Below, piece after piece: positions 49,310 through 58,863 of a DNA stretch of 64,000 nt; the stretch's first letter is position 1, and each line of letters starts with the position of its first letter. The stretch is from an uncultured bacterium. GTDB lineage: Bacteria; Omnitrophota; Omnitrophia; Omnitrophales; Aquincolibacteriaceae. Made by a program: the position numbers and the translations under genes. Where the stretch lies: the NCBI GenBank assembly GCA_964434115.1, contig CAYSSX010000010.1, positions 17,795-81,794 of the forward strand. Reading direction: 5' to 3'. The notes beneath the pieces are model-generated. The model was not told the DNA's origin, did not search any database, and was given only the letters and a program-made list of their open reading frames with translations.

Positions 49310-50506
49310 ATGAAAAGGCCAGACCTTATCTGGCGTACGACGTTCTTCAAGGGGGATTCCGTGAAAAGCAAAATACCATTACTTCTCGTCCTGGTCGCAG
49401 CCTCCGCTGCCGCCGTCATCATTCTTAATACCCGTAAACCGGCTCCGGAACCCATGCCGGTCGAAACCGCGGCGGCCCCCGTCCCGGCACCCGAGGCACC
49501 CGCTGTGCCCAAAGCCGGTCCCAAAGAAGGAAGCCTTGTGGATCAAAAAGCTACTGTCTTTAACCTCCAGGGCACTGCCCGCATCCTCAAGAAAGGCAAC
49601 GGCAAATGGGAGCCCGTAGAAGTGGGCACCGTCATTGCCGCGGGAGATCAGATCAAAACCGAGACGGACTCGATTGTTGAAATTCATTATGATGCTTACT
49701 TCTTGAACGTGGCCAAAATCACGCCCAACAGCGTGGCGGAATTCATGTCCATTGAGCCGACTAAAATATTTGTTTCAAGCGGATCGATTTACAATTCGCT
49801 CGAAGGACTTCCGGAAGGAACCACTTATGATGTCATTACCCCGACCGCGGTCGGAGGCGTGAGATCCACGGTTTTTGAACGCTCCTTTGATCCCGTGACC
49901 CAGTCCGACCAAACCGTTGTGCTCGAAGGAACGGTCTATCTCGCGGCCGGCGTTCGTGATGCTTCCAAACTTTCTGAAGATGAAATCTGGCTGGTCCACC
50001 AGGATGAACAATTCGGTTTCTCCGGTGAAGAACTCAGCTCAGGCGCGGTGAAGAACCTTAAACCTGAACCTCTTTCCGCGGATGAAAGCGCCGCGGCACG
50101 CAAGATCATCGCCGAGACCAAAGAGCATGTGAAAATTTTCGCGGGCGGCGAGGAAGCTATTCAGCAGGCCGTGGAATCATGGCAGGCGGTTAAAAGCGAT
50201 CCGAAAAAACTGGCCGCGGTCAAAGCCAAGATGGACATCAACCGTTTTTACGAACGCATTGAAAACAAGAAAGACAGCTCCAAACCGGATTCGTCTGTAA
50301 GCCCGGCAGCCATTGCGGCAGGCACAGCACCGGCAGCAGCGGCAGCAGCGGCTGAAGCAGCCCCCGCGGTCAATACAACTCCCGTAACGCTTGAGAAAAA
50401 AGCCGATGAGGTGGTGGATCCTTCCCGCAATAAAGGCACCATGGCGGTGCATGCGGATGTTTATGAACAGGACGGCACACCGGTCAAAGAAGCAAAGGCC
50501 GGGTAA
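49310..50506 (+). CDS. FecR-domain protein with Ala/Pro-rich linkers, secreted or membrane-anchored
   Basis: TM/signal segment KIPLLLVLVAASAAAVIIL. FecR-like beta region GTVIAAGDQIKTETDSIVEIHYDA...TAVGGVRSTVFER. Transcribed divergently from the CHASE2 kinase. Confidence 0.55.
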   Translation: MKRPDLIWRTTFFKGDSVKSKIPLLLVLVAASAAAVIILNTRKPAPEPMPVETAAAPVPAPEAPAVPKAGPKEGSLVDQKATVFNLQGTARILKKGNGKWEPVEVGTVIAAGDQIKTETDSIVEIHYDAYFLNVAKITPNSVAEFMSIEPTKIFVSSGSIYNSLEGLPEGTTYDVITPTAVGGVRSTVFERSFDPVTQSDQTVVLEGTVYLAAGVRDASKLSEDEIWLVHQDEQFGFSGEELSSGAVKNLKPEPLSADESAAARKIIAETKEHVKIFAGGEEAIQQAVESWQAVKSDPKKLAAVKAKMDINRFYERIENKKDSSKPDSSVSPAAIAAGTAPAAAAAAAEAAPAVNTTPVTLEKKADEVVDPSRNKGTMAVHADVYEQDGTPVKEAKAG

Positions 50507-50539
50507 GCTTTCTCTTTCAGAGCTTCTGTTCTGCCGTTT

Positions 50540-50968
50540 TTACAATTTGCGGTATTCCTTCAACATGCATTTATTCATGACCACCTGAAGACCCGCGGCA
50601 CGGGCACGGTCTGCGGCCGCGTTATTCACAATTCCTTCCTGCATCCAAACGACTTTCGCTTTTTTCAGAATGGCCTGTTCCACCACTTCCGGCACATCTT
50701 CGGGCTTGCGGAAAACATCCACAATCTCCACCTCCCACGGAATCGAAGCAAGATCCGGATAAGCCTTCTCCCCAAGGACTTCTTCCAGCCTTGGGTTGAC
50801 CGGAATAATCCGGTACCCATGGCTTTTGAGAAAATCCGCGACATGATGGCTGGGCCGGTCTTCCTTATCTGAAATACCCACCACAGCCACGGTCTTATAA
50901 CCCGTCAGGATTTTCCTGATTTCTTCTGTTGTGGCATTCTGCTTTGGAAACTCACATTCATTTGGCAT
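50540..50968 (-). CDS. CoA-binding domain protein (YccU-like)
   Basis: KTVAVVGISDKEDRPSHHVADFLKSHGYRIIPVNP. Confidence 0.75.
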   Translation of the reverse strand: MPNECEFPKQNATTEEIRKILTGYKTVAVVGISDKEDRPSHHVADFLKSHGYRIIPVNPRLEEVLGEKAYPDLASIPWEVEIVDVFRKPEDVPEVVEQAILKKAKVVWMQEGIVNNAAADRARAAGLQVVMNKCMLKEYRKL

Positions 50969-50993
50969 AAAATCCCCTCCGGATCTTTAAAGC

Positions 50994-51416
50994 TTAACCG
51001 CCGCTCCCTTTTTCCGCCAGCTCTTTAAACTTAATCTGAATCATATCCCTGACTTTCCGGAATTCATTCACCACGCTTTCCGTGATGACTTGATCATGCG
51101 GCGGGTCAGGAAATCCCCAATGCAGTTTTTGAACGGCCTTTAGATACAAGGGACAGGATTCCTGCGCGTGATCGCATACGGTAATCACAAGATCAAAGGT
51201 TTTGTCTTTAAACTCATCGAGATGTTTCGAGCGATGTCCCGAAATATCGATCCCGATTTCCTTCATCACGCGGATTGCGGTTTCATTCACCGTGGAAGGC
51301 TTTGACCCCGCGCTCTCCACGTCAAACCGCCCGGCCCCGTAATGCCGGAGCACGCCTTCGGCCATTTGCGAGCGGCAGGAATTTCCTGTACAAAGAATCA
51401 AAACACTGGTTTTCAT
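50994..51416 (-). CDS. arsC: Arsenate reductase, LMW-PTP / thioredoxin-coupled type
   Basis: P-loop VLILCTGNSCRSQMAEG and distal Cys pair. Start MKTSV at 51416. Confidence 0.8.
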   Translation of the reverse strand: MKTSVLILCTGNSCRSQMAEGVLRHYGAGRFDVESAGSKPSTVNETAIRVMKEIGIDISGHRSKHLDEFKDKTFDLVITVCDHAQESCPLYLKAVQKLHWGFPDPPHDQVITESVVNEFRKVRDMIQIKFKELAEKGSGG

Positions 51417-51730
51417 AGCTTCCTCAGAAAATTTAAAATCACACCAGCCGCAGCCCCTCCCGCGCATTGACTCAGGCAGTAAAGAGGCACTATCCCGGCG
51501 GGAATTCTTTTTGTCAAAGCAAACGCCAGCGTTACGGCCGGGTTAAAGTGGGCGCCCGACACAGCCCCCACCGCTAAAATCATGACAGACACCATCACTC
51601 CAAAAGTAACGGCCACACCAAAGCCCGGCAGAAAGTCCGGCATCCTCTCGGAAACAAGAAGGGAACCGCCGCCGATCAGAATGACCGCAAAAGTGCCGGA
51701 CATTTCCGCCAAGGCTATTAAATACAGGTT
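51413..51730 (-). pseudogene. Half-length aquaporin/aquaglyceroporin (MIP family first repeat only), probably truncated
   Basis: MNLYLIALAEMSGTFAVILIGGG...GAVSGAHFNPAVTLAFAL... carries one NPA box and ends after about 105 aa directly at the arsC start. The second MIP repeat is absent. Confidence 0.5.
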
Positions 51731-51823
51731 CATTGACAACATCCTCCCCCGCAGCCATCCATGGGGCCTGCCTCCTTTCCTTTTCCATATCTGCATAAGC
51801 AGATGTATTGATGCAAAAAAAAG

Positions 51824-52171
51824 CTACTTACAGCACGCAACAAGACCGCTCTTGATTTTATGAAATTCATTCACATCCCGCTTCAACTCCTCAAACTCTG
51901 AGCGGGCTGAAGTCAGGGATTCAAGCACCGCGCGAACCAGCCTAAGGCTGGGCGTGGCCAAAGAGTAATACATCCAAAGCCCCTGCTTGCGAGCCTCCAC
52001 AAGCCCGGCTTCACGAAGGTACGCCAAATGCCGGGAAATCTTGGACTGCGGCTCTTTCAAAACACTCATCACATCACACACGCACAATTCACCTTCCATC
52101 AAAAGATTCAAAATCCTCAGACGGGTCGGATCGGCCAACGCTGTAAAAATAGGGGTTTCACTGAGTTTCAT
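51824..52171 (-). CDS. arsR: ArsR/SmtB-family metalloregulator
   Basis: As(III)-binding motif ELCVCDV within an HTH (VMSVLKEPQSKISRHLAYLREAGLV). Likely start MKLSETPIF. Confidence 0.8.
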   Translation of the reverse strand: MKLSETPIFTALADPTRLRILNLLMEGELCVCDVMSVLKEPQSKISRHLAYLREAGLVEARKQGLWMYYSLATPSLRLVRAVLESLTSARSEFEELKRDVNEFHKIKSGLVACCK

Positions 52172-52349
52172 GAGGAAACTATATACGCCTAGGCAGATAT
52201 ATGTCAAGGGGCTTGTCAAGTTTCCCGGACACCTCTGCGTTTTCCTGTAGGATTGTGCGTCACTTCCCGGTCTTTCCCGCGGATTCTCCCAGGAACCCCC
52301 ATGGCATGGATCTTGATTTTAATCCGTTAAAAATCTCCAGGAGGGCTTT

Positions 52350-52550
52350 ATGGCTGAAAAACGCTGTCCTGAATGCGGTATGCCCGAAACAAAGTGGCCT
52401 CAAAAAGAAGGCTTTGCAAAAGGAAAGGAGCTTTATTGCTGCGCGGGATGCGCGGAAAAAACCGGATGCGTTTGCCCCGAAGATAAAAATTGGGCCAAAA
52501 ATAATCCAAGTCTTGAAGGCATCCGGGAATCCGCACGAGCCGATGTTTAA
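52350..52550 (+). CDS. Cys-rich small protein, candidate metallothionein-like metal binder
   Basis: 66 aa with 7 Cys (CPECG ... YCCAGCAEKTGCVCPED). Strong AGGAGGG RBS 8 nt upstream. Divergent from arsR in an smtB/smtA-like arrangement. Confidence 0.45.
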   Translation: MAEKRCPECGMPETKWPQKEGFAKGKELYCCAGCAEKTGCVCPEDKNWAKNNPSLEGIRESARADV

Positions 52551-52854
52551 ACGCCCGGTAAAAACAGCGCCGATAAAGCCACCCGGGATGCCCGCTTTGC
52601 TGTATAGTGAGCGAGGCGGCAATGTTTTTTCCGCTTTGGAAATCGATGTCCCAACGAAGGAGTTCTTATGGCCAAATCACAGGAACGTGTCGGAAATAAA
52701 AATTCGCAGAAGAAAAAGCCGCTCAAGACTCTGCAGGAGAAACGCGCGGAAAAAAGAGAAAAGAAAAACCCTTCTTCAAAAAGCATTTTTTAGAACTTCC
52801 AAAACGGTCCTCACGCGCCCGGGGTCTCCCCGGCGCTGCGGGACCGGAAGGCCC

Positions 52855-53886
52855 CTAGACCCGCCAAGCCCCGTTTTGAAAAACCACCTCGTCGTCCAGT
52901 AAAACCGATTCCGTGGCCGCAAAAATATCCACATGGTACTGTCCCGCCTTGGCTTTAAAGTTGGGCTTTTTATAAAGCGCGTGCTTCGCGCCCAGTGAAA
53001 AATGAATGCCCCGCATCCGCTCAAAAGTTCCAATATCGCTGACTAACCGCTCCGGCGAAAACGCGGGGTTGAGCCCAAAGCCCAGCTCGCGCAGCCAAAT
53101 CTCACCTTCGTCCGCGCGAATCGCGGCAAGCACCTGGTCGAACTCCGGCGTGGAATCAATCGCTTCCGTCACACGGCCTTTACTCACCACAAGGGTGATT
53201 GGCTTTCCGGGTTTGTTGGCTGTAAACGTCATGTCTCCAAAAACCGAAACCCGCACGCGCCCGTTCACGGCTTCCAAATCCCGAGCCTCGGTAAAAACCT
53301 CCCCGATGGGAAACTGTCCTCCCACATTTTTCATTTCCCGGTAATCCCCGATGTTCATCTTTGCAATTTCAAAAGGTGAATCAAAAATCAGTTTCTCTCC
53401 CCCGCTGTCCACGATGCACCGCTTTGCCCGGTCAATCTTCTCTTTCAAAGCCGGACCTACCCGGCGGTAATAAGCAGGGTCATACGCAAGGGAATCCAGG
53501 TAGATAAGGGATTCCACGCCTGGCATGCGCCCCAGATGCGGGTGCTCAATGACTTTCAGAGAACGCTTGAACAGTTCCACGCGGATCCGGAAATCATCCA
53601 GACGGAAATTCGTGGTTTGAATCAGCACCACAAGATCGGAGGGTTTCAACGTATCAAAAGCTGAAAAGATGTCTTTCGGAGTCACTGCATCGAAATCCAT
53701 GAACTCTGCCTTTGGAAGGGCTCCGCGGTAAGCCCTGGTCAGCGCCTTCGCGAGATCACAGCGCAAATCAAAAACCACCACTGCGGCATGAGCATGAGAA
53801 TGTTCAAATGCGGTCAGCAGAATGTCCCGCACATGTTTTTCAGCGACTCGCACGTTGTCTTCGGGGATAGTCAAAATCGTCGGCAT
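52855..53886 (-). CDS. Hypothetical protein, possibly an M29 (aminopeptidase T/AmpS)-like peptidase
   Basis: Weak resemblance to the M29 core (GGQFPIGEVFTEA ... WLRELGFGLNP). 343 aa. Confidence 0.35.
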   Translation of the reverse strand: MPTILTIPEDNVRVAEKHVRDILLTAFEHSHAHAAVVVFDLRCDLAKALTRAYRGALPKAEFMDFDAVTPKDIFSAFDTLKPSDLVVLIQTTNFRLDDFRIRVELFKRSLKVIEHPHLGRMPGVESLIYLDSLAYDPAYYRRVGPALKEKIDRAKRCIVDSGGEKLIFDSPFEIAKMNIGDYREMKNVGGQFPIGEVFTEARDLEAVNGRVRVSVFGDMTFTANKPGKPITLVVSKGRVTEAIDSTPEFDQVLAAIRADEGEIWLRELGFGLNPAFSPERLVSDIGTFERMRGIHFSLGAKHALYKKPNFKAKAGQYHVDIFAATESVLLDDEVVFQNGAWRV

Positions 53887-53899
53887 GCTTAAACTCTTC

Positions 53900-55075
53900 T
53901 TAGGGGGCAGACTTGCCGGAAGTCAGGCCGGGCACATCGACACCGTATTTTTCAGCGATCATTTTTAATTTTTCAAGATGCGGCAAGGCTTTGTTCTTTT
54001 CCGGCATTTTTAAACACAGGCCCAGATACAGCATGTAATAGTCCGTACGGTATTTAAAAACCTTTTCCGCCATCGGCATATGCCGCACGGAGTCCAAAGC
54101 ACCAAGCGCCGAATCATAGTCACGCTTGAGGATATAACACTCTGCGGCCTTGTAGTAAACCTCGAGATAATTCGGCGCCGCATCCATGGCCTTCCAGCAA
54201 AATCCCAAGGCGGCGTCCCAATCCTTACGCCCCATGCTTGTCTCAGCCGCGTGCAGCCAATCCAGCGCCCCATCAACATCGTTCAAATACGGCAGCGGAT
54301 CATAATAGCGGTTACTCAGGGAAAGTTTCAGCCCGCGGATTGCGTTACGGAACTCACGGTAGCACTCTGCCGGCTGGGCCGTAAAAGCCGCCACGCGGGC
54401 CATCATGTCCCGCAGAATCCATAATCCATCCTCCTTGTGTCTCAAGGGGTCCTGAACCGGAACACTCAGCAAAAAATCCACGACCTTCCGGTGGTCGGGG
54501 TGCTGCGGGTCAACATAAGCTTCCAAGGCTTCAAGCACAGGTTCTTTTGCATGATTAGGATCTAAGGTGTATTTCGTTTTTTCGCCGTAGAATTTTTGCA
54601 CGAGCTGCTGGAATTGTTCCCATTTTTGAAGCGGCACACGCCGAATCGTGTAATGCGCAAGAGCAACGGAAAGCTCTTCGTGTTCAGCGACGTCCTTTTC
54701 ATGCGTGGTTCTTCTCTGTCCCGAAAGATAAAGGTTGTCGAGATGAACAGAAGCTTCTTCAAGGGTCTTCGAGGTTTCCAAAATGCGAAGCACGTCATCA
54801 TAAAGCCGGATGTCTTTTGTTGCGACTGTCCGGATCTCGGCTTCCAGAAACCCTATCTCGATGAGGAACATTTCCCGCCCTTCGGTACGGATGGAAACCG
54901 TCTTTCCCCCTTCGAATTCCACCTCAACGGCCCGGCCTTCTTTTCGTTTCGTAATCTTACCCATCCATTGTCCCCGCATCAGTTTCTTGATGCTAAAGCC
55001 CGACAAAAACTTCCCGGAGATATTCGTTTTCCGGAACAGAAGAAAAGAACCTTGAAAGAAAGTCTGCAAAATCAT
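53900..55075 (-). CDS. PilZ-like N-terminal domain plus TPR-repeat protein (hypothetical)
   Basis: N-terminal beta-rich segment RKEGRAVEVEFEGGKTVSIRTEGREMFLIEIGF. C-terminal TPR-like helices (LEVYYKAAECYILKRDYDSALGALD...). Confidence 0.4.
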   Translation of the reverse strand: MILQTFFQGSFLLFRKTNISGKFLSGFSIKKLMRGQWMGKITKRKEGRAVEVEFEGGKTVSIRTEGREMFLIEIGFLEAEIRTVATKDIRLYDDVLRILETSKTLEEASVHLDNLYLSGQRRTTHEKDVAEHEELSVALAHYTIRRVPLQKWEQFQQLVQKFYGEKTKYTLDPNHAKEPVLEALEAYVDPQHPDHRKVVDFLLSVPVQDPLRHKEDGLWILRDMMARVAAFTAQPAECYREFRNAIRGLKLSLSNRYYDPLPYLNDVDGALDWLHAAETSMGRKDWDAALGFCWKAMDAAPNYLEVYYKAAECYILKRDYDSALGALDSVRHMPMAEKVFKYRTDYYMLYLGLCLKMPEKNKALPHLEKLKMIAEKYGVDVPGLTSGKSAP

Positions 55076-55135
55076 GTTAACATATAAATTAAGAGTGAAC
55101 GAACCGATTTATACGTACCGTTCAGACAGGCCACG

Positions 55136-55372
55136 ATGAAAGAAAAACAGTTCTTCACGGCTTTGCTGGTCAGCGTAGGGCTTATCATCTTTGGCGGTGT
55201 CGGCTACCTGCTGGCGCTGGAGGGAGTGCCTTTTTTCCTGGCCCTCAAAAGCTTTTTTATCGCGGTATTGAGTTTCGGCGGGTTTTTGCTTCTGTTCTTT
55301 ATCGCAACGGCGGTTCTGCTTGGAATCTTCGACTTCATTGCTTCATTCTTCAAGAGCTCTAAGAAAAAATAG
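55136..55372 (+). CDS. Small two-TM membrane protein (hypothetical)
   Basis: 78 aa. Two hydrophobic helices. Confidence 0.35.
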   Translation: MKEKQFFTALLVSVGLIIFGGVGYLLALEGVPFFLALKSFFIAVLSFGGFLLLFFIATAVLLGIFDFIASFFKSSKKK

Positions 55373-55385
55373 AAAAAGTTCTGCG

Positions 55386-55808
55386 TTAATCTGTCTTATG
55401 CCTGCCAAGACTGATTGCCCGTTCCATCCGGGAAATGATTTTACAAGTACATGCAGCCTTTGCAACAAGCTGCTTTTGTCCGTTTACAACCTCGCATTCA
55501 AGATAATATAAGGTTCTGCCCCTCGACAGGGTTTTCGCCGAAGCCTGCAGAAGCTCCCCCCTGCGCACGGGTTTCAAAAAATTGATTTTAAACTCCACCG
55601 TCACCCCCGTCTCGTCCGGCATCAACCAGGTCAAAAAGGAATACCCCATGGCCGCGTCTGCCAAATCGCATAAAATGCCGCCGTGGAGAGTGCCGTTCGT
55701 ATTCTCATGTTTTTTCTGCGCCTGCATCGAACAAGTCACAGCGCCCTTTTTTATTTGGGCGATTTTAAATCCGATCAATTTTGCAACGGGCGGCAAGGCA
55801 AGCTTCAC
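55386..55808 (-). CDS. PaaI/hotdog-fold thioesterase
   Basis: GTLHGGILCDLADAAMGYSF ... VEFKINFLKPV. Confidence 0.7.
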   Translation of the reverse strand: MKLALPPVAKLIGFKIAQIKKGAVTCSMQAQKKHENTNGTLHGGILCDLADAAMGYSFLTWLMPDETGVTVEFKINFLKPVRRGELLQASAKTLSRGRTLYYLECEVVNGQKQLVAKAACTCKIISRMERAISLGRHKTD

Positions 55809-55822
55809 GGGCGACTCCTGTT

Positions 55823-57853
55823 TTACGATGTTGTTGTACTGCGGCTCACAAAGGCCCGTAAAAAACGGGCAAGGAACACACTTTCCCGAAAAGCATTCAG
55901 GCCGACTTTAAGGAAATTAATCTTCCAGATCCTTCCCTGCTTCAAATTCTGCTTCACGTTCGACCAAAAATGAACCATGGGACGCCGCGTCGAGGTCAAT
56001 CGATCAGAGATAAAACCCCATTTCTGAAACCAGAGCTGCAAAAAGGAAGGAATCCTGACCGGCTCCGGCAGCTGAAGCGTCTCGGCCGCCCGGTGATAGA
56101 GAGCCCTGACTTTTGACAGACGAAGGGACCGCAAACTGGATAATCTTTGCTGGTAATGCTCCATTTCCAGGATAACCCGGGACTCCAAAGGACCCCGGTG
56201 CCGCGTGGCCAGCCAGACCTCTTCCATCTCAAACGCCAGCTTGAGCCATCCCTTCAGGGTTCGCGCAATGTCTTTCACTCGCCGCTTCAAAAAAACCATC
56301 CGGCTTTCCAAGGGGAAAATAGTCCGCCGCTCCGAGCGGGTTTTCCGCCTCACAAAACCATGCACCATCGGGTGTCCGCCTTCTACCTGAATCGCGTTTT
56401 TGTACCAAAGAAAATTAAGAAACACCTCCCAATACTTCTTAGGCTGCGTATTGCGCAGAATTCTTTTCATATTCTCCAGCCCGTAAAATCCTTTCCAGGC
56501 CTCTTCATAAACCCGGGTCCAGGCTCCATTTCTCATTTTCGGATGACAGACCGTTTCATGAAAAGAATCAAACCGGTTTAAATCCGCGTCCATTGGCAGG
56601 CCATCCTTGATCCTGTTCCGGTAATCCATGGATCCCGGCAGCGGCGTCAGCATAAAAAAGGATGCCTGCTCCGCGCCCAGACCCCGGAGCCTTTCCATAT
56701 CCTCTTTGACCGACACCTCCGTATCAAACGGAAACCCGATGATATAGGCTAAATGGGTCGCGATTCCGGACTCGTGATAAGCCTGAATCAATTCTTTAAA
56801 TTCATCCACCTTATTCTGGTTCTTTCCCGCGGCTTTCAGATTTTCCGCATTTAAACTCTCCATTCCGATGAACACCTGGCTGCAGCCCGCATACGCCGCC
56901 TTCTCAACAAACCCCGCAACGCGGTGCGACTGCGTATCCACCTGAATCATAAACGTGATGGGCATATTTTCTTCTTCACGCAGACGAATCAGAAGATCCA
57001 GAATCTCCGGCCATTTCTTATTCCGGCAAAAATTGTCATCCGTAAAAAAATAATGCCGGATTTTATGTTCCCGCCAATTCAGCTTTATAATTTCCTCAAT
57101 AGCCTTCACCCCGCGGCAGCGCATCTTTCGCCCTTGCACGTTGATCACGGTGCAGAAACTGCAGTTAAAGGGGCAGCCCCGTCCGCAATCGAGGGTAGAA
57201 AATCGAGTCACCGCGTAACGGTTCAGCAAATTGACTGGAATTTTTGGAACTCCCGAGGAGGTCAGCTCCGGCGGCTCTTTGAGGTAATTATAGAAAGGCT
57301 TCAGCGAATCTTTCATCGCGTCGCGCAATAGACCGGCCCACCGCCCTTCAATTTCACCGGCCACAACCGTCACGCCCGCCTTTTGAAGCTCAGTCACTTC
57401 CGGTGGAAGTTCTTCCAGGGTCGCGGCCACGCCGCTCACATGAAAACCGCCGATTAAAACTTCCGCCCCATGTTTTCTGAATTCAAGCGCCAGGTCTGCG
57501 GCACGCGGGAATTGATTGCTCTGCACCCCCGCCAGGCACACAACCGTTTTCGTCCCGGGCTGCTTTCCGGCCCGCGTAATCTTTGCCGGGTCAATGCCCT
57601 GCACCGTGTCATCCAGCGCTTCAATGGTCCATTGAAGATCCTTTCCCAAGGCCCCGCTCAAACGGACCTCCTCGCTAAGCCCGTACAGGCAGGCCAGCGT
57701 ATTGCTCGGAAGCACACCTTTCCAATAACGGATCACATACCCGTCGTCATCGTATTTTGACGGTTTAATCAGATAAAGGCGCAGATTTTTATAGGCGGGG
57801 GTTTGAGCGGAGGAAACTTCAACAGGCCTTTCGGCCGCGGCATTCGTTCTCAT
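55823..57853 (-). CDS. B12-binding-domain radical SAM protein (class B rSAM, DUF4070-type C-terminus)
   Basis: N-terminal cobalamin-binding Rossmann region. Radical SAM cluster CGRGCPFNCSFCTV. Likely ATG at 57853 (track alternative 57895). Confidence 0.75.
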   Translation of the reverse strand: MRTNAAAERPVEVSSAQTPAYKNLRLYLIKPSKYDDDGYVIRYWKGVLPSNTLACLYGLSEEVRLSGALGKDLQWTIEALDDTVQGIDPAKITRAGKQPGTKTVVCLAGVQSNQFPRAADLALEFRKHGAEVLIGGFHVSGVAATLEELPPEVTELQKAGVTVVAGEIEGRWAGLLRDAMKDSLKPFYNYLKEPPELTSSGVPKIPVNLLNRYAVTRFSTLDCGRGCPFNCSFCTVINVQGRKMRCRGVKAIEEIIKLNWREHKIRHYFFTDDNFCRNKKWPEILDLLIRLREEENMPITFMIQVDTQSHRVAGFVEKAAYAGCSQVFIGMESLNAENLKAAGKNQNKVDEFKELIQAYHESGIATHLAYIIGFPFDTEVSVKEDMERLRGLGAEQASFFMLTPLPGSMDYRNRIKDGLPMDADLNRFDSFHETVCHPKMRNGAWTRVYEEAWKGFYGLENMKRILRNTQPKKYWEVFLNFLWYKNAIQVEGGHPMVHGFVRRKTRSERRTIFPLESRMVFLKRRVKDIARTLKGWLKLAFEMEEVWLATRHRGPLESRVILEMEHYQQRLSSLRSLRLSKVRALYHRAAETLQLPEPVRIPSFLQLWFQKWGFISDRLTSTRRPMVHFWSNVKQNLKQGRIWKINFLKVGLNAFRESVFLARFLRAFVSRSTTTS

Positions 57854-57934
57854 AGATTTAAATTCGGCGGAGAAAAATAAAGACAGGCGTATCAAAAATT
57901 TTCGGCATCCTACAAGAACTGAAACCGGATGGCT

Positions 57935-57948
57935 GTGACCGCGGTCAC
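57935..57948. promoter_or_regulatory. Perfect 14-bp palindrome GTGACCGCGGTCAC in the divergent intergenic region
   Basis: Exact inverted repeat between the rSAM gene (minus) and the DUF3108-like gene (plus). Confidence 0.3.
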
Positions 57949-58041
57949 GGGCCGGGGCAAAGCGCCGCCGGCAGGTTATCCCTTGCGAGTCTTGTATTGC
58001 CGGTGCTTAAGATTTCTTTATAATGCGGCGGGGAAATAAAC

Positions 58042-58833
58042 ATGATGAGAAAATACTTTCTTTTAACTTTGGGGTTCTTGCTTTTGACTCTTGGGGGCTT
58101 ACCCTCTGTCTTTGCGGAACCGTCTGTCCAGGAAACGCTCCCCCTCGGGGAGCGGCTTGTCTACAAAATCACCTGGCTTCGAATCCCTGTAGGCGTGGGC
58201 GAAATCTGGGTCAAAGAAAAAACCACGCTGAACGGCCGCGAGGTTTATCACGTGGTGGGAAAAATCGAAACCAACAAGGTTCTTTCCAAAATCTTTCCCA
58301 TGCACGATGAAGCGCATAGCTGGATTGATGTCGAGACCCTTGAATCCCTGAAGTTCGAAAAAGTCATCGACGAACTTTTCCTGGATGTACACGAAGTCAT
58401 GACTTTTGACAGCGCCCGCAAAAAGGGCTTTTTCGAGTCCTTCACGTCCGGTAAGAAAAACGAGTTTTCCGTGACAACGCCTGTGCAGGATGTTTTCAGC
58501 GTTTTTTACTGGATACGGCGGCAGAATCTTGTCCCGGGAACGCCCCTTAAAACCGTGCTCTGTGCCGACCAAAAAGATTGGACTTTGACCATAAACACGC
58601 GGGGTGAAGAAACCGTTAAGCTCAATGATAAGAAAATCAAAACTCTGCGCGTGGACCCGGATTCCGTTGTAGAGGGTGTGGAAAAACGCGGCCGCTCAAA
58701 AATCAATCTTACAAACGATGCCTCGCGAAAACCCCTGCGCATCACTTTCAAGGCCGCGTTCGGCTCTGTTACCGGCACACTGATTGGCTCGGGCGGGGAA
58801 ACCCAGCTTACCGCATCAACCGGAGAAGCTTAA
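58042..58833 (+). CDS. Secreted protein, possibly DUF3108 family
   Basis: Signal peptide MMRKYFLLTLGFLLLTLGGLPSVFA. 263 aa. Family assignment is tentative. Confidence 0.45.
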   Translation: MMRKYFLLTLGFLLLTLGGLPSVFAEPSVQETLPLGERLVYKITWLRIPVGVGEIWVKEKTTLNGREVYHVVGKIETNKVLSKIFPMHDEAHSWIDVETLESLKFEKVIDELFLDVHEVMTFDSARKKGFFESFTSGKKNEFSVTTPVQDVFSVFYWIRRQNLVPGTPLKTVLCADQKDWTLTINTRGEETVKLNDKKIKTLRVDPDSVVEGVEKRGRSKINLTNDASRKPLRITFKAAFGSVTGTLIGSGGETQLTASTGEA

Positions 58834-58863
58834 CTCTCTGAACTTTCTAAGGACTGTCCGCGT

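Noticed and set aside
51543-51863. Alternative ORFs of 81 and 93 aa overlapping the truncated aquaporin.
   Set aside because: They are out of frame with the MIP homology, and no second NPA-containing repeat is found in any frame downstream. The MIP gene is therefore treated as truncated rather than frameshifted.
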